In this document: positions 1-8,220 of the stretch, in pieces
Layout: every line of letters begins with the position of its first letter
How positions within the stretch are numbered: position 1 is the stretch's first letter
Source of the DNA: Negativicutes bacterium
GTDB lineage: Bacteria; Bacillota; Negativicutes; UBA1444
Length of the DNA stretch: 64,000 nucleotides
Assembly (NCBI GenBank): GCA_963665275.2
Contig: CAXXIN010000007.1
Coordinates: 480,001 to 544,000, forward strand
Reading direction: 5' to 3'
Translations under genes and position numbers: made by a program
The notes under the pieces: generated by a model
Database searches by the model: none
The model's input: the letters and a program-made list of their open reading frames with translations, nothing else
Told to the model about the DNA's origin: nothing

Positions 1-795
1 TATGGCAAAGTGCTGGACAAGGCGATGTCTTCGCGTTGGATCGACATCTACGAGAATCAGGGGAAACAGAGCGGCGCTTACTCCTGGGGAGTCTACGGCA
101 CACACCCCTTCATCCTGTTGAATTTCAGCAACCGCCTGGAAGATGCCATGACCCTGGCGCACGAACTAGGACACTCCATGCACAGCTATTACACCAATTC
201 AACACAACCTTATGCCACTCACGACTACACCATTTTCTCCGCTGAAGTCGCCTCCACCACCAACGAAACCCTGTTGCTAGACCACCTGATGAAAACAACC
301 ACCGACCGCAGAAAGAAAATGTATCTGCTCAACGAATATCTCGAATCCGTTCGTACCACAGTGTTCCGGCAAGCCATGTTCTCTGAATTTGAAAGAGATC
401 TTTACGCCCATGCAGAAAGCGGCGAAGCCATTACCGCCGACACGCTGGATGCCATGTGGCACGACCTGAACATCAAGTACTACGGACCTCAGATCATTGT
501 CGACAAGGAAATTGACGCCGAATGGTCCCGGATCCCCCACTTCTATTACAACTTCTATGTCTATCAGTACGTCACCGGCTTCTCGGCAGCCAATGCGCTT
601 GCTTCCCAGATTCTCACCGACGGTGACCCCGCCCGCGAACGTTACCTCAACTTCCTGAAGAGCGGCGGTTCGGACTACTCGATCGAATTACTCAAAAAAG
701 CCGGCGTGGACATGTCTTCGCCCGATCCGATCAAAATCACCATTCAGCGCTTTGAAAGCAGGTTGGATGAACTTGAGAAACTACTGCAGGAGTAG
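1..795 (+). CDS. pepF: Oligoendopeptidase F (peptidase M3B), C-terminal part; gene starts before the window
   Basis: HELGH zinc motif in TLAHELGHSMHS, GKQSGAYSWG, AEVASTTNE, WSRIPHFYYNFYVYQY; frame open to position 1. Confidence 0.93.
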   Translation, partial: YGKVLDKAMSSRWIDIYENQGKQSGAYSWGVYGTHPFILLNFSNRLEDAMTLAHELGHSMHSYYTNSTQPYATHDYTIFSAEVASTTNETLLLDHLMKTTTDRRKKMYLLNEYLESVRTTVFRQAMFSEFERDLYAHAESGEAITADTLDAMWHDLNIKYYGPQIIVDKEIDAEWSRIPHFYYNFYVYQYVTGFSAANALASQILTDGDPARERYLNFLKSGGSDYSIELLKKAGVDMSSPDPIKITIQRFESRLDELEKLLQE

Positions 796-852
796 TACCC
801 TTTACCCGCAGTTGCGAAGATTTACTGCGATGAATTAAATGCCACCCTACAT

Positions 853-908
853 GAAAATTCAAGGCCTTCGATGGAATCAAATCCGCCGAAGGCCTTGAAT
901 TTTTTTCA
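853..908. terminator. Bidirectional intrinsic terminator between convergent pepF and uxaC
   Basis: Inverted repeat aaaattcaaggccttcg / cgaaggccttgaatttt with A/T tails. Confidence 0.8.
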
Positions 909-917
909 AAACAAGTA

Positions 918-2165
918 TTATTTTCGTTCGAGGAAACGCCAGAAATTATTAGAGAACAAATCTGCGACATCCTTGCGAATTTCTTCTTCAGTGAACTCCC
1001 AGCCTGTATCCATCACGTCCAGGTATTTCTCCGCCAGAATTCCGCCAATCAGACGGCGCGAATGATCCCATTTATAGATCAACTGATCCAGAACCCGGGC
1101 GTCCGAGTGTTGCGGCACAAAACTAAGTCCCAGCAGCTCAAACCGCATCCGGGTCATCTTGTCGATGATGGACGGATTGTTGAGGAACCACCAGCAGCCG
1201 AACACCATCAGGTTGCGGAATTTGCGTGCGGCAACCGCCAGTTCATGCTGATTTTCCAAGGCCAGCATCGTAACCAAAAATTTATTGGCGGGATATTTTT
1301 GACAGAGATAGGTGACTGTGCCGATATCGGATTTTGCCACGGCGTCACCAGCATCACCCAGTCCCGGATTTACTCTCTTGGTAACCCCGATCATCATCGC
1401 GAAGGGTTTGTTAAGTTCACGGCATACCGGCAGCACACATTCTTCGACGACTCTCGACCGGAGAGACTCCTCCGGCACACGGAAGGTCGGGGGCAGCGAC
1501 GCGGCTACGTAAAGTGCATCCATCTTCAGCATCCATTCTTTCAGAAACCGTTTGATTTCGCTTACGCTCTCGCCGCTCAATTTTGCATCGACCGCATATC
1601 CCCATTCCCGCAGTCGGGCCATGGCCGACTCTTCAAGATTCAATAGGGGATCAATCCGGAGCGCAGCTTTGAAACGGGGATCAAGCTTCGGCCCGGCGCT
1701 CCAGACGTCAAATTCCTGTGGGTTGAACAGGTCGTTGGTCATCACCACTTCTTTGACACCGGCTTTTTCAAAGACGATATCGATGTATTCGTTGACGCTT
1801 TTGCCTTCGCAGTAGCGGCGGGTGCCGGCGAGGTCGCGGGAACGCACATCCTGTCCCAGCTTGGACATAACGGTCAGAACACCCCGTTGAGCTTCACTGA
1901 TCGGTGAGCGATCAAGGAACAGAGTTTTCCAGATCAGATCCGCCTGCTGGCGTTTGGGCATAGAAAAATATTCTTCGTAAGACCGGCCATCATAGCGGAA
2001 GGTCTCAGCTATCAGATAATGATATGTTACCAGTTCATCCACACCCCATAGCAACAGATCACCGAACGCCGGTGGATAGATATGGGTGTGCACGTCCGTA
2101 ATCGGCGTCTCCCGCAGAATTTTTCCTACAACCTGTGCCATTTCTTCCCGTTTGACTTGTTTCAT
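918..2165 (-). CDS. uxaC: Uronate (glucuronate) isomerase, Bacillus halodurans BH0493-type amidohydrolase family
   Basis: DVHTH metal motif, LLWGVDELVTYHYL, FGCWWFLNNP, QHSDARVLDQLIYKW. Confidence 0.85.
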   Translation of the reverse strand: MKQVKREEMAQVVGKILRETPITDVHTHIYPPAFGDLLLWGVDELVTYHYLIAETFRYDGRSYEEYFSMPKRQQADLIWKTLFLDRSPISEAQRGVLTVMSKLGQDVRSRDLAGTRRYCEGKSVNEYIDIVFEKAGVKEVVMTNDLFNPQEFDVWSAGPKLDPRFKAALRIDPLLNLEESAMARLREWGYAVDAKLSGESVSEIKRFLKEWMLKMDALYVAASLPPTFRVPEESLRSRVVEECVLPVCRELNKPFAMMIGVTKRVNPGLGDAGDAVAKSDIGTVTYLCQKYPANKFLVTMLALENQHELAVAARKFRNLMVFGCWWFLNNPSIIDKMTRMRFELLGLSFVPQHSDARVLDQLIYKWDHSRRLIGGILAEKYLDVMDTGWEFTEEEIRKDVADLFSNNFWRFLERK

Positions 2166-2295
2166 TCTATATGCCTCCCAACTTTAGCTGATATTTGGAA
2201 TTTTTAGAACCTTATTCCTTAGTATTATTTCGCCTCCAGGAACTTAATTCCTCCCCGAAATCGCAAGAAACCGAGTCACGAAAAAGCATTACCGT

Positions 2296-3189
2296 TCATT
2301 CCTGCCGCCTACTGAGCAGTGAGGAAGATCCCACTTCGTGTTGAATCAGATTGCGGGAGGCTGATTCCAAAGTCCCAGCATAACAGTAAGCACAGCCATG
2401 CAGGCAAGTGTCATAAACCCCGATGTCTTTGCTTTTTACGCAGCCGCACTGTTGACGCTGGGATTTGTCTTTTTCCCTTGACACGCGTATCCCGAATAAT
2501 TCAAAGATCAGATCATCATCGATGCATTTGCCTGGCACTATTCCAAAAGAGGACAAATCTATTATTTCAGCACAACTATTAATTTGGAGCTTCGCGGCGC
2601 GGACTTGTTGGCTCATGGCGGTACAGAGTTTTTTCAGTTGATCTGCGTCCGGGTCCTTTTGCACTTCAATCTTCTGGGCTAACAAACGGCGAAAATTGAT
2701 TGCAGCTTTGCGATAATCGTCCACGATACTGATTGTTATCCTGTGGGTAGCGCCCTTAAGCCGCTCCAAAATATAGGCAAATCGTTCCTGATGATATTGC
2801 ACATCCGTCAGGTTGCTGAAAATGACCGGATCGTAGCGCCAGATCACTTTTCCCGGTCCGATCCGCGCCGATAATTCCAGGAAGGTCTCGATGCATGCCT
2901 CCAGTTGCGGCACATGGGGCTCAAAAGATTTGCCGTATCCGTTGAGGGTATATTGAAAATAGTAGCGATGCCCCAGCGCGTCCAGTTCATCCAGGTGCGA
3001 CAGGAAAGGCCCGGCATTTTTGGTCCAGAACACCATTGCTTCCACATCATCAGGCAACAATGACACTCGCGACACTTGGTTGCGGTTAAAAGGGTTTGCC
3101 ACTGTGCAGTACTTCTCACGAATCCGCTGCATGAACCAGTCGGCGTAAAATGCCGGAATATCGGTACGGCGACTGACGCTGATTATCAC
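2296..3189 (-). CDS. DUF1848 family protein (radical-SAM-like, C-terminal CxxxCxxC)
   Basis: MIISVSRRTDIPAFY start, VFWTKN, WRYDP, DIGVYDTCLHGCAYCYA. Confidence 0.88.
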   Translation of the reverse strand: MIISVSRRTDIPAFYADWFMQRIREKYCTVANPFNRNQVSRVSLLPDDVEAMVFWTKNAGPFLSHLDELDALGHRYYFQYTLNGYGKSFEPHVPQLEACIETFLELSARIGPGKVIWRYDPVIFSNLTDVQYHQERFAYILERLKGATHRITISIVDDYRKAAINFRRLLAQKIEVQKDPDADQLKKLCTAMSQQVRAAKLQINSCAEIIDLSSFGIVPGKCIDDDLIFELFGIRVSREKDKSQRQQCGCVKSKDIGVYDTCLHGCAYCYAGTLESASRNLIQHEVGSSSLLSRRQE

Positions 3190-3322
3190 AGGCCTTTCCT
3201 CCGTTTACTAATAAATCATTCATTGCTATAAAGGTATTTTTCCCACTATAGAAAAAGATCCCGGCGATTACTCACCGGGGTTCACCGCAGCATTATCGCC
3301 TTGTCGCATTAAATGCGGGGTA

Positions 3323-4144
3323 TTACCCCTGAAATTGGTTGTTGGCCCACAGACCTCTTTTCACTGTGCCATCGATGGAAGTAAACGTACCAAAGCCTTC
3401 TAATTGGCCATCAACAAACCCGCCTACATATCGGCGGCCATCGGGCCAACGATATGTACCCCGGCCAGTCCGTTGGTTTTCTACGAAATCCCCGTCATAG
3501 CGTTCTCCGTTGGCCCAGATAAATGTTCCCCGGCCATGTTGCTTGTTGTCCACCCAATCGCCTTCGTATCGGTTGCCAACGGCCCAGATGTAAGCCCCCT
3601 TGCCGTTACGCTCATCATTGATGTAGGCGCCTTCATAACGGTCGCCGCCCGCCCAAGTATACACGCCTTTACCACTTTGTTTATCGTTGACATATTCGCC
3701 TTCATAGCGGTTGCCGTTGACCAGCGTCAATATTCCCCGGCCATTGCGCTTATCTCCAACATAAATCCCTTCAAAACGGTCCCCGTTGGACCAGGTGAAA
3801 ACGCCCTTTCCTTCCTTTACTCCGTCAACATAGCTGCCCTCATAGCGATTGCCGTTTCCCCAGATGTATTTTCCCCGGCCGGCAGCCAGGCCACCAACCA
3901 TATTTCCTTCATACCGGTCAACGACTTCCCCTTCACGAAACCACTGCAACGTACCCCGTCCCGCAGCATATCCGCCGGCATCTACACCGCCGGACCATGT
4001 GACTTTTTCGTACGATTGCGGATGATTGTTCCAGACTTTGCCGCCTTTGTCGGTAATGACCCAGTTTTCTCCAGCCGCTGCAATCCCGAGCAAAGCCAGA
4101 AAAATCACGATCGTGAGCAAGCTCAACCGCGTAAAGAATTTCAT
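3323..4144 (-). CDS. Secreted MORN-repeat protein
   Basis: N-terminal signal peptide followed by tandem 23-aa repeats of type YEGxxxxxxxxGxGxxxWxxGxR. Confidence 0.9.
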   Translation of the reverse strand: MKFFTRLSLLTIVIFLALLGIAAAGENWVITDKGGKVWNNHPQSYEKVTWSGGVDAGGYAAGRGTLQWFREGEVVDRYEGNMVGGLAAGRGKYIWGNGNRYEGSYVDGVKEGKGVFTWSNGDRFEGIYVGDKRNGRGILTLVNGNRYEGEYVNDKQSGKGVYTWAGGDRYEGAYINDERNGKGAYIWAVGNRYEGDWVDNKQHGRGTFIWANGERYDGDFVENQRTGRGTYRWPDGRRYVGGFVDGQLEGFGTFTSIDGTVKRGLWANNQFQG

Positions 4145-4471
4145 TTAGAGAAAATCCGCCCGGGGAGGTGTAAAGGCATCAATGATCACCGAATCGTCTT
4201 CTAACGCCACTACTCCATGAAGCACATTTTTTTTCGCGTAATAAGTATCGCCAACCAACGCTGTACGAACTTCTCCATCAATATTGATTTCGAAACTGCC
4301 TTTGGCTATGTAGCCGACCTGCTCGTGTTCAGCATGTCTATGCGGGGCTCCAACACCGCCTTTTTGGAACCGGAACTCTACAAGCATGAGGGCCGGTCCG
4401 TGAATCAGAACTCGTCGGGTTGATTTGTCGCTGGTCGGCATCACACTCGTGCTGGCATAATCTACAATCAC
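4145..4471 (-). CDS. Cupin domain protein (KdgF-like)
   Basis: PHRHAEHEQVGY...LHGVVALEDDSVIIDAFTPPRADF; start moved to the GTG at 4471 after RBS aaggag. Confidence 0.8.
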   Translation of the reverse strand: MIVDYASTSVMPTSDKSTRRVLIHGPALMLVEFRFQKGGVGAPHRHAEHEQVGYIAKGSFEINIDGEVRTALVGDTYYAKKNVLHGVVALEDDSVIIDAFTPPRADFL

Positions 4472-4494
4472 GAGAATCACTCCTTGAAAAAAAT

Positions 4495-5981
4495 TTACGT
4501 ATCCACAAACTCCATGACAGCGGCAGGCATCGATCCAATCTGGCATATTCCCTGATGTCGTGGTATTTTCTCCGCCAATCCCGCCAGTCCTGCCGGAACC
4601 CTCCAGCCAGTCCGCTTTGCCAAACGTTGTAACAATTCCAACGGTTCCTTGACCTCAGACGCTTCCGCATCACCTAAAGCCTGCAATACGCTGTCGGCAA
4701 ATTTGAAAGGACTCGCCGTACTCAAACCACTGTTGTAACGCTATCTTTTTGTAGGGCATCATAAGCCGCTGCCGCTTTCCAGGCCACAGCTGTATGCGGA
4801 TCCAGCAGATATTTTTCCTGTTCCCACACTTGGCGCACGATTTCGCGGGCTTCGGTCTCAGACGACCAGTCCGCCCAAAAAACTTTTTGAATCTCCACCA
4901 GAGTTGAAGCGTCAACTTCATACCGGCCTTTATGACTCAAATCCTCCATCCACCCTCTCACCCGCCCAGTGTCACCATCGGTCGCATGATACAGCAGACG
5001 TTCCAGATTGCTCGAAATGAGAATATCCATCGACGGAGAAATCGTCTGATGGAAAGGACGGTTACGGTCGTAAATACCGGTGCGCAAGAATTCCGTCAAG
5101 ACATTATTGTCGTTGGACGCACAAATCAGGCGATCAATCGGCAACCCCATTTTTTTCGCGTAATATCCCGCCAAAATGTTACCAAAATTCCCAGTCGGTA
5201 CGCAGAAATTAACGAGTTCGCCCTCAGCAATCTTCCCCTTGACGCACAAGGATTCATAAGCGCTGAAATAGTAAGCGATCTGAGGGGCCAAACGCCCCCA
5301 GTTGATTGAATTGGCCGAAGACAGTTTCAGGTGTTTTTGTGCGAGCAGTTCACGGGTGGCACTGTCAGCAAATATTCTTTTGACGCCAGTCTGAGCATCA
5401 TCAAAATTACCTTCAACGGCCATCACGCCGACATTATTCCCCTCTTGAGTAACCATTTGCCGGCGCTGCACCTCGCTTACACCCTCAGAAGGGTAAAAGA
5501 CCAATATGCTGGTTCCGGGAACATCCCGAAACCCCTCGAGCGCCGCTTTGCCAGTATCACCGGAAGTGGCGACCAGGATCAACATATCATTCGTTTCACC
5601 CGTTTTGCTCATCGCCAGGGTCAACAACCTTGGCATGATTTGCAAGGCCATATCCTTGAAAGCACTAGTCGGTCCATGCCAAAGTTCAAGTATAAATCGG
5701 TTCCCAACCGACACAAGAGGAGCAATCTCCGGAGCGTCAAAATTATCCGCGTACGCGGCAGAGGCGCATTGCAACAGTTCCTGCGCAGTATAGTCAGGCA
5801 AGAGGCAACCCAGCACTTCAGCCGCCAGAGTCACATAATCGGTCTGCCTTTCACTCATCCATCCGACCATGCTTGGCAGCTCCATCGGCACAAACAATCC
5901 CCCATCGCCGGCAATCCCGCTGCGGATAGCTTCAGCACCGGAACAGGTCTGCCCATTTCCGCGCGTACTTGTATATTTCAC
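4495..5981 (-). CDS. thrC: Threonine synthase; single frameshift near 4725 (likely assembly error)
   Basis: MKYTSTRG, ELWHGPTSAFKDMAL (PLP Lys), ATSGDTG, SANSINWGRL, VPTGNFGN, DPHTAVA; C-terminus STASPFKF continues in ORF 4495..4725 after a missing T in gtggtttgagt. Confidence 0.92.
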
Positions 5982-5997
5982 AGACTCACTTCTCCCT

Positions 5998-6672
5998 TCA
6001 GGTTCCCACCACTTCGAGTTCCTGTATTTCGCCCTTATTATAATGCGTCAGAATTTCGCCTGCAAACTGAAGAATCCGGCTCAGTTCTTCGGAGCTGGCG
6101 CCACTACCGGCAAACACCACCGATAGCAAATTACGGGTTGAAAGGGACACTGCCGTACGCTGAGAATCGGACGTGGGATTGCCAAATACGCCGAGATTAT
6201 CGGCAAGAAAAGGTTTCCCCTCAGTTGAAATCTGATGCCCGCCAATATTGGTGTAAGAGCCTTCATGGGCCCGCCGGTACACAATATCGCCTTCAATCTT
6301 ATCCAAATCATACAGACCAAAGGGCATCAGATACTTCAATGAACAATAGTTGCTGGCATCGACCGCGCTATTAACATAATAGACGCCTTTCTTCTGCAGC
6401 ACTCGCCTAACCAGTGCCTCTGACGCCGGACGGTATCGGCTCGGATCAAAGTCCAACTTTTTGTACATGGAACGCACTGCCATGATTGGAGGCAACTGCG
6501 TCAACCCTTCAATATTATATATTTTAGCCACTTCGTTTTGCAGCTTTAAAAATTCCAGACTCAAGGATGGCGAAGAACCGACGATACCGACATTGTTAAT
6601 TACGATAAAACCAATTCGGCAATCCGGATAACTCGCTAGTATTCCTTCATCGATGCTCAAGTTTAAAGCCAT
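5998..6672 (-). CDS. Stand-alone B3/B4 (PheRS-beta editing-like) domain protein
   Basis: DPSRYRPASEALVRRV, VNSAVDASNYCSL, PFGLYDLDKIEG, FGNPTSDS. Confidence 0.88.
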   Translation of the reverse strand: MALNLSIDEGILASYPDCRIGFIVINNVGIVGSSPSLSLEFLKLQNEVAKIYNIEGLTQLPPIMAVRSMYKKLDFDPSRYRPASEALVRRVLQKKGVYYVNSAVDASNYCSLKYLMPFGLYDLDKIEGDIVYRRAHEGSYTNIGGHQISTEGKPFLADNLGVFGNPTSDSQRTAVSLSTRNLLSVVFAGSGASSEELSRILQFAGEILTHYNKGEIQELEVVGT

Positions 6673-6720
6673 CGGCGATTCACCACGATAAACTCACGTC
6701 TCCCTTATTTTCAAGGTGGA

Positions 6721-7791
6721 TCAAACCGTGATCAGTTCATAATCCAGCGATCCCATTCCGATTTTCGCAGCATGCCCGACCTGAATCATCGCATCATTTC
6801 TGGCATGCGCCATTTCAGCCAGGGTTTTCCCATGCCTCTCCGCCGTCAGGTCCAGTGTTGCCTTGTCAACTGCCACTGGATCAAAAGATGCCAAAATCCC
6901 GATGTCCGGAATGCATTTTTCCTGCTTCACGCTGAAGCAATCACAATCACTGGTCATATCCACCAGGACGTTAATGAACAGACTCTTGCCGGCCTTTCCT
7001 TTTAAAATCCCATAAGCATGCTCGGCCATACTTTTCTGAGTGAAACCAGATTCAGCATTCCAGTCGTATTTCACCGCATCAAAGCGACAAACCGCCAGGC
7101 ACTCGCCGCAACCAATACATTTTTCCGAAATAATGAACGCCTTGCCGTCTTTCTCAATAATTGCCTCCTGCGGGCACCACTGAATACATTTTTTACAGTA
7201 GCGGCATTTATCGTGGATCACTTCCGGCAGCATCGCCGAATGCTCCCGCATTTTCCCCATGCGACTGGCCAGCCCCATACCGATGTTCTTGATACATGCC
7301 CCCAGGCCCGCCACCACATGACCGGTCGCATGCGAAACCACGATCAATGCGTCGGCACCGGCAACTTCCCGGGCCACTTTCACACTTTTGTGAAGTTCAC
7401 CATCAATCTGGATCTCAAATTCCGCATTGCCTGTCAACCCATCGGCCATGATAAAAGGAGCGTCCATAGCTTCAATGCCGAAACCGTGCCGATGTGCATG
7501 CAATATATGTTTGACGGCATTCTCACGCTCTCCTTTATACAGGGTGGAGGTTTCCGTCAAAAAGGGCTGCCCGCCCGCTTCCCTGGAAAGATCAACAACC
7601 TTGCGGATCAACTCCGGTTTGACATGTGTTGTATTATTTTTTTCGCCGACATGAAATTTGATTGCTACGAAATCCCGCTTCGCGATCACCTGATTCAGTT
7701 CGCCGGCGGCATATAGTTTCTGCAAGGCTTCTACCTGTTCCGAAGCCGAGGCGCCATCTGAAACTTTTGCCAAAAACACTTTTGATTTCAT
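6721..7791 (-). CDS. DUF362 domain Fe-S protein with 2x[4Fe-4S] ferredoxin insert
   Basis: VAIKFHVGE, SHATGH, GACIKNIGMG, CRYCKKCIQWCP and CIGCGECLAVC, CDC, DPVAVDKA; ATG at 7791 after RBS ggagga. Confidence 0.88.
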   Translation of the reverse strand: MKSKVFLAKVSDGASASEQVEALQKLYAAGELNQVIAKRDFVAIKFHVGEKNNTTHVKPELIRKVVDLSREAGGQPFLTETSTLYKGERENAVKHILHAHRHGFGIEAMDAPFIMADGLTGNAEFEIQIDGELHKSVKVAREVAGADALIVVSHATGHVVAGLGACIKNIGMGLASRMGKMREHSAMLPEVIHDKCRYCKKCIQWCPQEAIIEKDGKAFIISEKCIGCGECLAVCRFDAVKYDWNAESGFTQKSMAEHAYGILKGKAGKSLFINVLVDMTSDCDCFSVKQEKCIPDIGILASFDPVAVDKATLDLTAERHGKTLAEMAHARNDAMIQVGHAAKIGMGSLDYELITV

Positions 7792-7822
7792 TTCGAGCAC
7801 TCCTCCATAATTCAATATTGCT

Positions 7823-7853
7823 AAAAAGCGGAGCGCGGAACTCCGCGCTCCTT
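7823..7853 (-). terminator. Intrinsic terminator-like hairpin after the TM1266-like gene
   Basis: ggagcgcgga/tccgcgctcc stem followed on the minus strand by a T run. Confidence 0.6.
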
Positions 7854-7882
7854 GATTATACATTAATGGGACAGCGTATTTC

Positions 7883-8146
7883 TCAAAACTCGAGGGACAT
7901 CATTTTGACTTTTACATAGGGAACACTCTGCAGCTCTGACTGAAGTTTTTCAACCTCTGCTTTGGCGCCGCAAACTTGCAGCAAAATCAGCCCGCTGGGT
8001 GAACAAGTCTCGACCCCTGCATCATGCAGCCCCAGCCGCAAACGAATACTACAGCCGTTACGGGTAAGGATCTCCTGCACCTTTGTTGCCGTTTCCACGC
8101 GATGTTCCTGTAAAACAGCCATGATATAACCACATTGCTCCGTCAT
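7883..8146 (-). CDS. Small ACT-fold protein related to TM1266 'iron-only hydrogenase system regulator'
   Basis: IMAVLQEHRVETATKVQEILTRNGCSIRLRLGLH...GLILLQV pattern; RBS ggaggagg before ATG 8146. Confidence 0.6.
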   Translation of the reverse strand: MTEQCGYIMAVLQEHRVETATKVQEILTRNGCSIRLRLGLHDAGVETCSPSGLILLQVCGAKAEVEKLQSELQSVPYVKVKMMSLEF

Positions 8147-8220
8147 ACCGATGCCTCCTCCCATTTATTTAAGTAATTCCCCTTGAAAAGTTCTCCATAA
8201 TCGGCGAAAACTCCTGCCTG

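Noticed and set aside
3400-3960. 69-bp periodic repeats as a possible CRISPR or other DNA repeat array
   Set aside because: Degenerate at the DNA level and fully explained by 23-aa MORN repeats; no repeat-spacer structure or cas genes
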